A stretch of DNA of 32,000 nucleotides from Promethearchaeum syntrophicum (GCF_008000775.2 NZ_CP042905.2:1110001-1142000), one strand, 5' to 3'. Positions 8,160-17,610 are shown, counted from the stretch's first letter. Made by a program: numbers and translations. The notes: generated from the sequence alone by a model not told the origin.

Positions 8160-10034
8160 ATGTCATTTACAGAAAAATTGAAAAAAAATTCAGTAGGAAT
8201 TTTGTTTGCCGGACTCATGATTTTGGCAATGTTCTCTACACTCATGCAAAATGGGATACAGACTGATTGGGGGAATGTCGATGTCACTACTATTGAAATA
8301 GTGAACGAGGACGGTATTAGAGTTGTTGGCAAACTTTATCGACCTGTGGACGTTACATCGGCAAATCCTGCACCAGGTGTCATAGCCATCCATGGGTACA
8401 ACAATGATAAGGACGTTCAACGTCCGAATGCAATTGAAATGTCGAAACGAGGGCTTGTCGTTTTGGCTATTGATGTCTTAAATCACGGTGATTCGGGATA
8501 TTTGAATACCACGACTTTTGGATCCCCTGCGCCGACCGCAGCATATGAATGGCTTCGGAATCAAGCTTTTGTTAACCCGAATAAAACTGGAAGTGTTGGG
8601 CATAGTATGGGGGCATATTATACTTTTGCCCTTGGACTAGCCTATCCTGAAATTGATGTTCTCGGTTTTCAAGCTTTTGGAACCGAATTTCCTGGTTTTT
8701 ATGGCTTTGGATCGGTGGATATGTGGAAACCGACTAACCAGAGTATCATCCAAGTGTGGTCAACGATGGAAGAATATGGTCCCGAACCCAACCAAACCCA
8801 AGATGATTGGATTGAACAAAATTTACTCCAGATCGGAATCAACGCAGGGTTACCTGCCGGAACTTTAGGCGAAGAGAGCCGTATATATGGTTCATTTGAA
8901 TCAGGATTTGCGCAAGAGTATGTCATGCACCTTGGTTCTCATCCTTCACAAACGCACAGTGAGAAGGGGACCAAAGCACTTGCTTCCTTCTTTCTTCAAG
9001 GATTAACTGGAATGGATCAAGCAGCAGCCGATCTTTCGGTAGAAGAAACTACCTATGCTTGGGCTGAAATTTGGGGTTTTATAGGATTGATTTCACTTCT
9101 TATCTCGATTATTCCCTTTGCACTATTGCTCCTAAAAACCAACTTCTTTGCACCCTTGAAGCAAGAAATGCCTGCTTATGACGATCGTTTCGTAAACAAA
9201 AAAGGTATGTGGTGGCTCTATGCCAGTATAAATACAGTTCTTGGTGGGGTTTTATATATGTTCTTCACCGATAACAAGAAAAATATCTTGGATGGAGATT
9301 GGTTGAAATTGACCTTTCCCAACTTCTTTACCAGTGGCATGTCAAATAATTTTAACATGTTCTATACTATGAATTGGATTATCGCCTTAACGTTCTTGAT
9401 AGTGATGTGGTTGATTTTAGGGAAGAAGAAAGGAATGAATTTCCTCTATGATTATGGGCTTGCATTTACTGAAGAAAAAAGTAAATATGATTGGAAACGT
9501 TTGGGAAAAACTATCCTTCTCATTGTGGCTGGTTTCTTATATATGTACGCAATGGCGATATGGGCTAAAGAAATGTACAGTCTTGAATTCAGGTCTGCAT
9601 GGTCGTTCCTTAAAACCTTCACACCCGAACGATGGATTAATTTCTGGAAATATTTCCCTGCTGTCTTAGCGTTCTGGTTTGTGAACGGTGGAATGCTATT
9701 ATTTGGAGCCTTCCGACAGAAAGAATATGATAGTGAAATCAAGACAGTTCTTATCTGGTGGATTAAAGCCTTATTCGCGATGTTATTAGGACTCGCCTTG
9801 TTAAACCTCATTATGTACCTTCCATATGTTTGGGGATGGAGTGGATTATTCATGATGAACTTAGCTTACGCCCCGATGATGACCTATCAACTCTGGTCGT
9901 TCTATCCATTTGCTGCGCTGTTGATCCTTTTTGCGATCATCTTGTATCGAAAAACAGGAAAAATCTATCTTGGATCAATATTAAGTGCGGTTCTTTCGAC
10001 ATGGTTTATGGTTACCTCACAAATCATCACATAA
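8160..10034 (+). CDS. Alpha/beta hydrolase (dienelactone hydrolase-like) fused to a C-terminal multi-pass membrane domain
   Basis: One N-terminal TM helix, 'GVIAIHGYNNDKD', nucleophile elbow 'GHSMGAYYT', 'HLGSHPSQTH', then about eight hydrophobic segments. Confidence 0.88.
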   Translation: MSFTEKLKKNSVGILFAGLMILAMFSTLMQNGIQTDWGNVDVTTIEIVNEDGIRVVGKLYRPVDVTSANPAPGVIAIHGYNNDKDVQRPNAIEMSKRGLVVLAIDVLNHGDSGYLNTTTFGSPAPTAAYEWLRNQAFVNPNKTGSVGHSMGAYYTFALGLAYPEIDVLGFQAFGTEFPGFYGFGSVDMWKPTNQSIIQVWSTMEEYGPEPNQTQDDWIEQNLLQIGINAGLPAGTLGEESRIYGSFESGFAQEYVMHLGSHPSQTHSEKGTKALASFFLQGLTGMDQAAADLSVEETTYAWAEIWGFIGLISLLISIIPFALLLLKTNFFAPLKQEMPAYDDRFVNKKGMWWLYASINTVLGGVLYMFFTDNKKNILDGDWLKLTFPNFFTSGMSNNFNMFYTMNWIIALTFLIVMWLILGKKKGMNFLYDYGLAFTEEKSKYDWKRLGKTILLIVAGFLYMYAMAIWAKEMYSLEFRSAWSFLKTFTPERWINFWKYFPAVLAFWFVNGGMLLFGAFRQKEYDSEIKTVLIWWIKALFAMLLGLALLNLIMYLPYVWGWSGLFMMNLAYAPMMTYQLWSFYPFAALLILFAIILYRKTGKIYLGSILSAVLSTWFMVTSQIIT

Positions 10035-10139
10035 GATCAATATATTGAATTTGTGAGCGGAAAGCATTGTAACCTTTTTTTTTTTATACTTATTTTCTTA
10101 ATTTTCAGATATTAACTTATTGAAATATATAAAAAAAAA

Positions 10140-10988
10140 TTAATTATGTTTATCAGGTTCAGCTGGTAAGGGAACTTTCTTTAGTTTTTTCATCAATAAA
10201 GGTTTAAGGAGAGAAATTCTAATCTTTTTTAGAATATAGGGTATTTTTGGCCCCAATTTCTTCAAGATTAAATATGAATCAATTAAATTTGCAATACCTT
10301 CTAATCCTGAAGGCATCATTTCCATATTGATAATTCCTTTAAATTTTATTTTCTTTAGAAATTTTTCAAATAAATCCAACGGTAATGCTCCACCTTCAGT
10401 ACCAAAAGGCCAATGAGAATCTGAAACACCATCCAATTCTGAGATGTGAATGTAATTTAGATCTAATAGAAGAACTTCAGGAATATTGAATAAATCAACT
10501 GGACCATGGGTGAGAAAACTGTGTGGAACATCAAAGCATATACCCACTTTCGCTTTGGTTTTGTTTTTTGTATCTAAATACCAAGTTTTAAAATCTCCTA
10601 ATTTTTGTCCTGGAAGATTTTCTAATAAAACAGTAATTTTAATCCGATCCAAATTTCTAATATAATATTCTTCATCTTTATCCGGATCCATAGGTGGGTG
10701 GATGACAATTCCAATAGCTCCTAATGCGGTCGCATAATTTTCAAGATTAACCAAGTATTTCTCTACTTTTTCAGACTGTTTAATCGAGCTTAAATCATAT
10801 CCCCAATCAAAATAATAAGGAGCATGAAGAATTATAGATTTTTTCTGAACTAACGGTATTACTGCTTCTATATCATCGAATGCAGTAGGATCTAATTCCA
10901 GATGTTCAAATCCTAATAAATTTGCCATTGAAATTATGTGTGATGGCTTAAGCGGTCCTAAACTTTGTATTGTTTGCCCAACTTTCAT
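10140..10988 (-). CDS. Sugar phosphate isomerase/epimerase-like TIM-barrel protein (AP_endonuc_2 superfamily)
   Basis: 'LGAIGIVIHPPMDPDKDEEYYIRNLDRIKITVLLENLPG', 'VGICFDVPHSFLTHG', 'LLDLNYIHISELDGVSDSHWPFGTEGGALPLDLFEKFLKKIKFKGIINMEM'. Confidence 0.85.
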   Translation of the reverse strand: MKVGQTIQSLGPLKPSHIISMANLLGFEHLELDPTAFDDIEAVIPLVQKKSIILHAPYYFDWGYDLSSIKQSEKVEKYLVNLENYATALGAIGIVIHPPMDPDKDEEYYIRNLDRIKITVLLENLPGQKLGDFKTWYLDTKNKTKAKVGICFDVPHSFLTHGPVDLFNIPEVLLLDLNYIHISELDGVSDSHWPFGTEGGALPLDLFEKFLKKIKFKGIINMEMMPSGLEGIANLIDSYLILKKLGPKIPYILKKIRISLLKPLLMKKLKKVPLPAEPDKHN

Positions 10989-11042
10989 GATTATATGTTT
11001 TCTTTAATAAATATTATATGTTTTCTTTTTTTCCATTGATTT

Positions 11043-11585
11043 ATGATAGCGGGGAGTAATATTTGTTTGGGACCAATGAAAAAAGAGTATCTTACACAAT
11101 ATACCAAATGGATGAATGATCCAGAAATGGTTCAATATTTAGGCATGATCCAACCAATGACTCGAGAAAATGAAGAGGAGTGGTATGAAAATGCCAGAAA
11201 AAACAAAAATGCAGTATATTTTGCGATTCTTCTAATCAATGGAGATATAGAGGAATTAATTGGAAATTGTGGTGTCGATATTGACTGGAAAAATAAATTG
11301 GGAGATTTAGGAATCACTATTGGAGAAAAAGATCAATGGGGGAAGGGATATGGAACTGAAGCAATGCAACTTTTAGTTAATTATTGCTTTCATACTCTGA
11401 ATTTGCATAAAGTTAAACTTAATGTCTATGATTTCAATACTCGGGCAATTAAATCCTACAGGAAAATCGGTTTTATAAAAGAAGGAAATCATCGGAAGTC
11501 ACACTATGTAAACGGTAAATATGTAGATTTATTCGCAATGGGACTTTTAAAGGATGAATGGAAGCAAAAGAGAGAAAATGCATAA
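11043..11585 (+). CDS. GNAT family N-acetyltransferase (RimJ/RimL-like)
   Basis: 'LGITIGEKDQWGKGYGTEAMQLLVNYCFHTLNLHKVKLNVYDFNTRAIKSYRKIGFIKEGNHRKSHYVNGKYVDLFAMGLLKDEW'. Confidence 0.93.
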   Translation: MIAGSNICLGPMKKEYLTQYTKWMNDPEMVQYLGMIQPMTRENEEEWYENARKNKNAVYFAILLINGDIEELIGNCGVDIDWKNKLGDLGITIGEKDQWGKGYGTEAMQLLVNYCFHTLNLHKVKLNVYDFNTRAIKSYRKIGFIKEGNHRKSHYVNGKYVDLFAMGLLKDEWKQKRENA

Positions 11586-11602
11586 AAAAAAATTAGGATT
11601 TT

Positions 11603-12445
11603 TTATACTTTTTGAGTAATTACAACTTTTTTCAGTTGATCCTCGAATTCATCAAGTTTTTCTAAGAATATTTCAATAGCTTTGCTTAGGATCTCTTTAA
11701 TTGGGAGAGCACCTGTTGCTTCGATTGTAAAAATAAATTTATTGGGAACATAATCTACTTTTATAGCTCCTGCTGGAGCGTATTTTTCACCAGATCCTGT
11801 AAAATCTGGACCATTCCAATATTTATCTACCATTGCTAATTTTCCATCAACTTTCGTAAATAATTTAGTATGATCGTGCTTAATTACATTATCGATATCG
11901 GCTTCAGTCATTTTCGAATTATCTATCTTTACATCTGGAAAATATTTATATCCAACTGAGCATACTGGTTGGAATTTTGCATGGTCCATACCGATTCCTA
12001 ATTGAGCATAAGCCTCAAAAACTATAGAAGATTTTTTTCCCAATTTTCCGATAATGATAGTATCGCTTACCGGACGTATTTTCTCATCCATTGATTTAAG
12101 ATCCCCAGAATAAACTATAGCCTCGTTATTCTTGGTTCGAACGTCACATTCCAGTTGAACTTGACAAAGGGTACAACCTTGACCCCCACAAGAGCATTCA
12201 TCAGGAAGATTATAGTTCTTTAAATCAGTAGTTAATGGAATAAGTGCTAATCTATGTGCAATCATTTCATCGAAAAGCACGCTATCATTTTCAACAAATA
12301 AAACTTCTGTTATTGCCATAGATGGAACTTCGGTTAGGATAATTCGACGGAAAGCATTAGCCAATTCAATGCTGACACCTTCAAGAATAAATTTCATCAA
12401 ATCTTCATTTTTAGTCTGAATATGTTCAATTACTTCAATTTTCAT
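11603..12445 (-). CDS. rpoD: DNA-directed RNA polymerase subunit D (Rpo3)
   Basis: 'GVSIELANAFRRIILTEVPSMAITEVLFVENDSVLFDEMIAHRLALIPLTTD', Cys-rich loop 'ECSCGGQGCTLCQV', C-terminal 'FIFTIEATGALPIKEILSKAIEIFLEKLDEF'. Confidence 0.97.
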   Translation of the reverse strand: MKIEVIEHIQTKNEDLMKFILEGVSIELANAFRRIILTEVPSMAITEVLFVENDSVLFDEMIAHRLALIPLTTDLKNYNLPDECSCGGQGCTLCQVQLECDVRTKNNEAIVYSGDLKSMDEKIRPVSDTIIIGKLGKKSSIVFEAYAQLGIGMDHAKFQPVCSVGYKYFPDVKIDNSKMTEADIDNVIKHDHTKLFTKVDGKLAMVDKYWNGPDFTGSGEKYAPAGAIKVDYVPNKFIFTIEATGALPIKEILSKAIEIFLEKLDEFEDQLKKVVITQKV

Positions 12446-12599
12446 TTTAACACCAGTTCTTTGCTAGTTAGAAAAATTCAGCATAAAATTTATGTTTTGC
12501 GAATTACTAAGATTTCTGAAAATTTAGGAAACTTTCCTTTACCTAGTTGCCGAAAATTCTTAGGAAAATTAAAATAGTTCATAATTTCCAAATAGATTA

Positions 12600-13373
12600 A
12601 TGAAGATTATTTTTGATAGTAAATATTTGGAAGAATACGATCATACTCCTGCAGGGGAAGCGGGTCGACTTGAGCCCGCTTTAAAAGCTTTAAAAGCTGA
12701 TCCGCAGTACATTTTTATAAATCCTAAACCTGCACCAATAGTAGCAATAGAAAGAGCTCATTCTATCAACCATATAAAAAATATTAAAAAAGAAAATCAT
12801 AGTTTTAAAAATAAATTGTTCGATATCGCTAGATTGGCGGCGGGTGGTTCAATTTTATGTGCAAATATCGCAAAAAATGGAAATCCTGCCTTTGGTCTAA
12901 TTCGTCCTCCGGGTCATCATGCTTCATACGATTCTTGTTGGGGATTTTGTTATTTCAATAATATTGCTGTCTCCTTACTTCATCTTCGTGAAACCAGTGG
13001 ATGTAAACGCGCATTTATCTTAGATTTTGATCTTCATGTGGGGGATGGGAATATAAATATATTGGAACCCCTTAAAGATTATGAAATTTTAAATCCTCAC
13101 GCGAATAATGAGGAAAGTTATTTAAAAATTGTCAAAAATAAATTAGATAATGCGCGTGATTGTGATATTATTGTCGCTTCTGCAGGTTTTGATCAAGGAA
13201 TTGATGATTGGGGTAGACTTTTGAGCCCAGATGCGTATTTTCAAATAGGAACAATGATGAAAGAATTTGCAGAAAAAAGATGCAATGGAAGAAGATATGC
13301 ACTACTCGAAGGGGGCTATAATTTTAAGAAAATGGCAATTAACATTAAATCCTTTTGTGAAGGGTTTAGGTAA
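12600..13373 (+). CDS. Histone deacetylase superfamily / acetylpolyamine amidohydrolase-like protein
   Basis: 'GLIRPPGHHASYDSCWGFCYFNNIAV', 'AFILDFDLHVGDGN', 'IIVASAGFDQGIDDWGRLLSPDAYFQIGTMM', 'ALLEGGYN'. Confidence 0.94.
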   Translation: MKIIFDSKYLEEYDHTPAGEAGRLEPALKALKADPQYIFINPKPAPIVAIERAHSINHIKNIKKENHSFKNKLFDIARLAAGGSILCANIAKNGNPAFGLIRPPGHHASYDSCWGFCYFNNIAVSLLHLRETSGCKRAFILDFDLHVGDGNINILEPLKDYEILNPHANNEESYLKIVKNKLDNARDCDIIVASAGFDQGIDDWGRLLSPDAYFQIGTMMKEFAEKRCNGRRYALLEGGYNFKKMAINIKSFCEGFR

Positions 13374-13377
13374 ACTT

Positions 13378-13947
13378 CTAGATTTTTATGCTTTTCCATG
13401 CAATTTCGCTGGCTTGGTTAATTAAATTATCATCCATCTTGATTCCTGCTTCAAAATTAACCTTTAGCAGTGAAATTATTGGCATAAACGCAAAAGCTGT
13501 TAAAAATGGTAATGGTAATTCCTTTATGGATTTTTCTTTAATCCCTCGTTGAAGTAGATTAGTAATATATTTAAATAATTCAAAGTTTTCTTGACGAATC
13601 TTCTTCATCATGGATGTGCGTTCAAAATACTCTCGATAAATTAAAAAATCATTATGAGCAAGAGCATAGGTAAAAAAATTATGCCATATTAATTTAAATT
13701 GTTCTTTAATAGACTTAGCATCATCTAATCCTTGTAGAGCAGCTTGACTAATTTTTTTCCTGATATTAAGATAAATTTTTGTTAATAAATCTTCTTTGTT
13801 TTCAAAATAGATATAAATGGTTGCTGGAGATGTTTTCGCTTCATGAGCAATTTTTGCTATTGAGATTCCAGAAAATCCGAGCTCATTTATTAGTTGAATA
13901 GATGTCTGAACAATTGCGTTGTATTTTTTTTGATCTCTAATTCTCAT
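13378..13947 (-). CDS. TetR/AcrR family transcriptional regulator
   Basis: N-terminal HTH 'AIVQTSIQLINELGFSGISIAKIAHEAKTSPATIYIYFENKEDLLTKIYLNI'. The track start (13971) is GTG; ATG of MRIRDQKK at 13947 is more plausible. Confidence 0.92.
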   Translation of the reverse strand: MRIRDQKKYNAIVQTSIQLINELGFSGISIAKIAHEAKTSPATIYIYFENKEDLLTKIYLNIRKKISQAALQGLDDAKSIKEQFKLIWHNFFTYALAHNDFLIYREYFERTSMMKKIRQENFELFKYITNLLQRGIKEKSIKELPLPFLTAFAFMPIISLLKVNFEAGIKMDDNLINQASEIAWKSIKI

Positions 13948-13959
13948 TCTAATAAATAA

Positions 13960-14064
13960 ATAAATACTCACTTATTAAAATTTATCTGGTCCTAAACGAA
14001 GTGTAGGTAAATATAAGTACATATTTTAATTTCAAAAAATATATAAATGAATGTTCACTTATTA
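13960..14064. promoter_or_regulatory. Pair of candidate TetR operator copies in the divergent promoter region
   Basis: ATAAATACTCACTTATTA (13960-13977) and ATGAATGTTCACTTATTA (14047-14064); the second is partly dyadic and adjoins a TATA-like 'atatataaat'. Confidence 0.55.
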
Positions 14065-14108
14065 TTAATAATAAAAAATAAACATCCATATATATAAGGT
14101 GAATAGAG

Positions 14109-14828
14109 ATGTCAAAAAAAAAAAGAACGAGAAACAATTATATATTTGATGATATACCTGAAAACTTAACCATAATTGATTTAGTTGACGTAAATTGCTA
14201 TCTTTTAAAAAATAAAATTGGATATATCCTGATTGATAGTGGAATGCCGAAAAATAGAGCTGAAGTTGAAAAAAGAATAATTCAAGCGGGTTGTAATTAC
14301 GGTGATTTAAAGATAATCCTCTTAACTCATGGAGATTTTGATCATACCGGAACCTGTGCTTATCTTAGGACAAAATTTGATTCAAAAATAGCCATGCATT
14401 TTGATGATTCAGGTATGGTGGAATTTGGTGATTTCTCCTGGAATCGGAATATTGGTTTCCTTATGAAAATACTTGGGAAAATGATGATCAAAATATATGG
14501 ACTGAGTTTAAAGGAAAAAGATCGATTTAAACCCGATATCTATATTAGAGATGGGCAATCTCTTACCGATTTTGGTTTTAATGCAACTGTTTATTCTATT
14601 CCTGGACATTCAAAGGGATCGATTGGATTTTTAGATACTGAAGGAAATTTCTTTTGTGGGGACTTGCTTATGAATAAAGATAAACCTGCTAAATTTGAAA
14701 TGATTGTAAATTCTGATGATTTTGAGAATAGTATTAAAAATCTAAGAACTTTAGATATAAAAGTTGTCTACCCAGGACATGGAAAACCATTCTTAATAAA
14801 AAATTTTTTTGATTTATACTGTAAATAA
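14109..14828 (+). CDS. Metallo-beta-lactamase-fold hydrolase
   Basis: 'IILLTHGDFDHTGTCAYL', 'YSIPGHSKGSIGFLDTEGNFFCGDLLM', 'VVYPGHGKPFL'. Confidence 0.94.
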   Translation: MSKKKRTRNNYIFDDIPENLTIIDLVDVNCYLLKNKIGYILIDSGMPKNRAEVEKRIIQAGCNYGDLKIILLTHGDFDHTGTCAYLRTKFDSKIAMHFDDSGMVEFGDFSWNRNIGFLMKILGKMMIKIYGLSLKEKDRFKPDIYIRDGQSLTDFGFNATVYSIPGHSKGSIGFLDTEGNFFCGDLLMNKDKPAKFEMIVNSDDFENSIKNLRTLDIKVVYPGHGKPFLIKNFFDLYCK

Positions 14829-14990
14829 AATCAAAGAAGTAAACTCTTCAAATTTAAACTTTAAAACAATTAGGAATAAAAATTTAATTTTCAATGAAGA
14901 TTTGAAGAAATATTAAAAAAAAATTCATAATGATTGCGAGAGTTCCCGAAATCATTATTCAACAGAACAATTATTCTAATTACTTGATAA

Positions 14991-15392
14991 TTATCGATAA
15001 CTTTTCTGGAATCTGGCTCTGGCTTTTCGGCCACCCCATTTCTTTCTCTCTACTTGTCGGGAATCACCAGATAACATACTTCTATCATACGCTTTAATAT
15101 TTTTTACTACAGTCTTTTTCTTAAGGAATTGTGTGATAGCTCTGCTCAAAGCAATTCGAGCCGCGTCGATTTGACCCAAGGAACCTCCTCCGCTAACTTT
15201 AACATCAATATTGACAGTTTTAAGTTTTTCATCATGTACAATGATTAGAAGTTCTTCAATCTTCATTTTTGCGAGTTGAGGAGTTAATTTTGGAACCGGA
15301 ACACCATTAATTCTTATCACACCTGTTCCCGGTTTTACAGTAGCGCGAGCAATTGCACGTTTTCGTTTTCCACTTGTTTGTATTATTTTCAT
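14991..15392 (-). CDS. rps9: 30S ribosomal protein uS9
   Basis: 'GKRKRAIARATVKPGTGVIRINGVPV', 'VSGGGSLGQIDAARIALSRAI', C-terminal 'RKARARFQKSYR'. Confidence 0.97.
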   Translation of the reverse strand: MKIIQTSGKRKRAIARATVKPGTGVIRINGVPVPKLTPQLAKMKIEELLIIVHDEKLKTVNIDVKVSGGGSLGQIDAARIALSRAITQFLKKKTVVKNIKAYDRSMLSGDSRQVERKKWGGRKARARFQKSYR

Positions 15393-15415
15393 TTTATTTT
15401 CACCTTATTTCTCCT

Positions 15416-15901
15416 TTAGATGAAATGTTTCCGGCTCTCTCCGGACCATCCCATATTTGAACAAACATCAGCAATCGTTACATATTTTCTACTGAGTCGC
15501 TCTGCTGAAGCATTTTGAAATACAATCGGTTCACTATCTAAATATTTATTCTTTTTTGCTTTAGGAATCCCTGCGATATAAACATGAACACGATGAAATG
15601 CATCTCTTCCACGTTGATTTTTCGGTAACATAAAGCGAATTTTTTGCCTAAGGAATGTGTCAGGTCTGCTTGAATGGAAAGGACCTCTCCTTGGATTCGA
15701 TAAATTTCTTATATCTCGGCGTAAATGTACATATTTTGCCAGAACCATGTTCCTTCGTCCAGAAATAACACAATCTTTTGAATTAATTATAACTACATGT
15801 TCGCCTAATAAAATATATTTAGCGATCTGTGAGCACAATCGCCCCATAATTTGTTCTGAGGCGTCTACTAATTTCCAATTTATTTTTGCCATTTTTTTCA
15901 C
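15416..15901 (-). CDS. rpl13: 50S ribosomal protein uL13
   Basis: 'WKLVDASEQIMGRLCSQIAKYILLGEHVVIINSKDCVISG', 'MLPKNQRGRDAFHRVHVYIAGIP'. The real start may be MAKINWK, 9 nt inside. Confidence 0.97.
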   Translation of the reverse strand: MKKMAKINWKLVDASEQIMGRLCSQIAKYILLGEHVVIINSKDCVISGRRNMVLAKYVHLRRDIRNLSNPRRGPFHSSRPDTFLRQKIRFMLPKNQRGRDAFHRVHVYIAGIPKAKKNKYLDSEPIVFQNASAERLSRKYVTIADVCSNMGWSGESRKHFI

Positions 15902-15913
15902 TGCTCATATAAT

Positions 15914-16267
15914 TTATACAATAATTCTTACTCCTTTTCCTGAAGGGTATTTTTTTACTAATTCTTCAATTGATATTCGTTTGCTCTCAGACGCTTCCAG
16001 CTTCTTCGCAGCCGATTTTGAAATGGCATAACAAGCAATAGTGATTTTCTTATCCAAAGCACCGTTTGCAAGAATTTTGCCCGGTACAATTATTACATCA
16101 CCATTTTTTGCTATTCTAGATAAATCGCCAAGATTTTTCTCGACTCGATTTTTCTGTGGCGCCATCAATCGTTTGGATACATCACGCCAAATTGGCCGTT
16201 TGGTTTTCCATAATTTCCGAGCTAGCATACGTTTTTGAACGTTACTCGGACCTGTTGGTGTCGTCAT
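15914..16267 (-). CDS. rpl18e: 50S ribosomal protein eL18
   Basis: 'KRPIWRDVSKRLMAPQKNRVEKNLGDLSRIAKNGDVIIVPGKILANGALDKKITIACYAISKSAAKKL'. Confidence 0.96.
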   Translation of the reverse strand: MTTPTGPSNVQKRMLARKLWKTKRPIWRDVSKRLMAPQKNRVEKNLGDLSRIAKNGDVIIVPGKILANGALDKKITIACYAISKSAAKKLEASESKRISIEELVKKYPSGKGVRIIV

Positions 16268-16453
16268 TTTAAAAACCTAATTATTTTTGGAGTTAATCAT
16301 TGATATGATTCTCCTAATTTTTTAAAAATGGCATAATATTAATTTTTTTTCATTTTCTTTGTCATTTGTCCCTTACGTTAGAATTGTTGTAGGAAAAGAA
16401 TTAAAAGATAATTTCAAGATAATTAAAATAGAAAAAAGAATGAGGATTATTTT

Positions 16454-16765
16454 ATGAGTAAAATTAAAATCACAGTCATTAAAAAATTCAGCCCGGAAGA
16501 TGTTATTGGAGAACCTTTCATACGCCCTAATGGATTACCAATTGAAATATGTTCGTTGGAAGAAGGCAAGGAATTTTGGCTCAATGATTCAATGGATATG
16601 CCAGAAGGTTTTTGCCATCATGCTTGGTTCGGATTGTATAAAAATATCTCTATTCTTATGTATGGCGGAGGTTTTCCTACATGGACAGGGAAGGATATGA
16701 TTTATACTGCATGTCCTGACGGAATTCGACCAGTTTGTTTCAAAATTGAACGTATTGAAGAATAA
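16454..16765 (+). CDS. TIGR04076 family-like small protein
   Basis: 103 aa with 'MPEGFCHHAWFGLYKNISILMYGGGFPTW...ACPDGIRPVCFKIERIE', the typical layout of this family. Confidence 0.75.
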   Translation: MSKIKITVIKKFSPEDVIGEPFIRPNGLPIEICSLEEGKEFWLNDSMDMPEGFCHHAWFGLYKNISILMYGGGFPTWTGKDMIYTACPDGIRPVCFKIERIEE

Positions 16766-16824
16766 ATTCGCTCAATAATACATTTAAAATTTTGAAGTTG
16801 GTTCATCTCATTTTTTCCGCTGAT

Positions 16825-17340
16825 TTATTTAATATTTTTCGTTTTTAACATCAAGCTTGCAAGTATTGTCAATCCTCCTGCAATGACTTGTAAATACATA
16901 GAAAAACTAGGCATAAAATAGTTTTCTCCCCCAAAAGAGCCCCAATAAGTAGGATACCCTCTCCCTAAAGTGTAAATGATTTGCCACATGACTGCGAGCA
17001 AGATTGGGGTTATAATCATTAGTATTCCTCCAATAAAGGAAATTTTACTATTAAATTCATCTTCTTGCACAACTTTTATTGAAGCTCTCAAAATTAAACC
17101 CGAACTTAACAAGATTATAATCATTGAAGATAGAGCGGGGATTAAAAATTCTACTTCTGTATTAAAAGTAATATCAACTTCACTTGAACTTAATCCGAAC
17201 GTAAGAGTAAATCCCCATAACCAAAATTGATACAAATAATTCGGACTAACGTGATATATCACGGGAGTAAAAACTGATAAAAAACCTATAACAGCAGCCG
17301 ATAAAAGGATAATTTTATGAATTCTCATATTTTTCACCAA
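16825..17340 (-). CDS. Small integral membrane protein (about 4 TM), unknown function
   Basis: Four hydrophobic segments. The track start is TTG; ATG of MRIHKII is near 17328. Confidence 0.7.
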   Translation of the reverse strand: MVKNMRIHKIILLSAAVIGFLSVFTPVIYHVSPNYLYQFWLWGFTLTFGLSSSEVDITFNTEVEFLIPALSSMIIILLSSGLILRASIKVVQEDEFNSKISFIGGILMIITPILLAVMWQIIYTLGRGYPTYWGSFGGENYFMPSFSMYLQVIAGGLTILASLMLKTKNIK

Positions 17341-17586
17341 TTTCTTGATTTAATTATGAATGCACGAAAATTAAATCATTACATGTTTATTGAATTATAT
17401 CAAAATTTCAACGAATATCTTGTAGATGCAGATCATAGTGATTTAGAAAGAAGAGATTATCTTAATCGCTTAGTTCACACCGCAAACCCATCACTTCCTG
17501 AAGCACTAAACCTCGACCGGCTTACAAGATGGTTTTCCATTCCATTCGAATTATTAGCTAAAGCCAACAACTTGTTTTCTGCATAA
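17317..17586 (+). CDS. Hypothetical protein; probable start at MNARKLNHYM (~17356)
   Basis: Continuous ORF with plausible globular composition, just ahead of the 17611 gene. Confidence 0.5.
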   Translation: MNSHIFHQFLDLIMNARKLNHYMFIELYQNFNEYLVDADHSDLERRDYLNRLVHTANPSLPEALNLDRLTRWFSIPFELLAKANNLFSA

Positions 17587-17610
17587 GCTAACAATGTAAA
17601 ATTCTCAGAT

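Noticed and set aside
9452-9853. 133-aa minus ORF, and 9448-9669 / 9830-10048 plus ORFs
   Set aside because: Overlap the well-supported hydrolase/membrane gene in alternative frames without family signal.
15657-16031. 124-aa plus-strand ORF
   Set aside because: Antisense to the uL13/eL18 genes, which are unequivocal.
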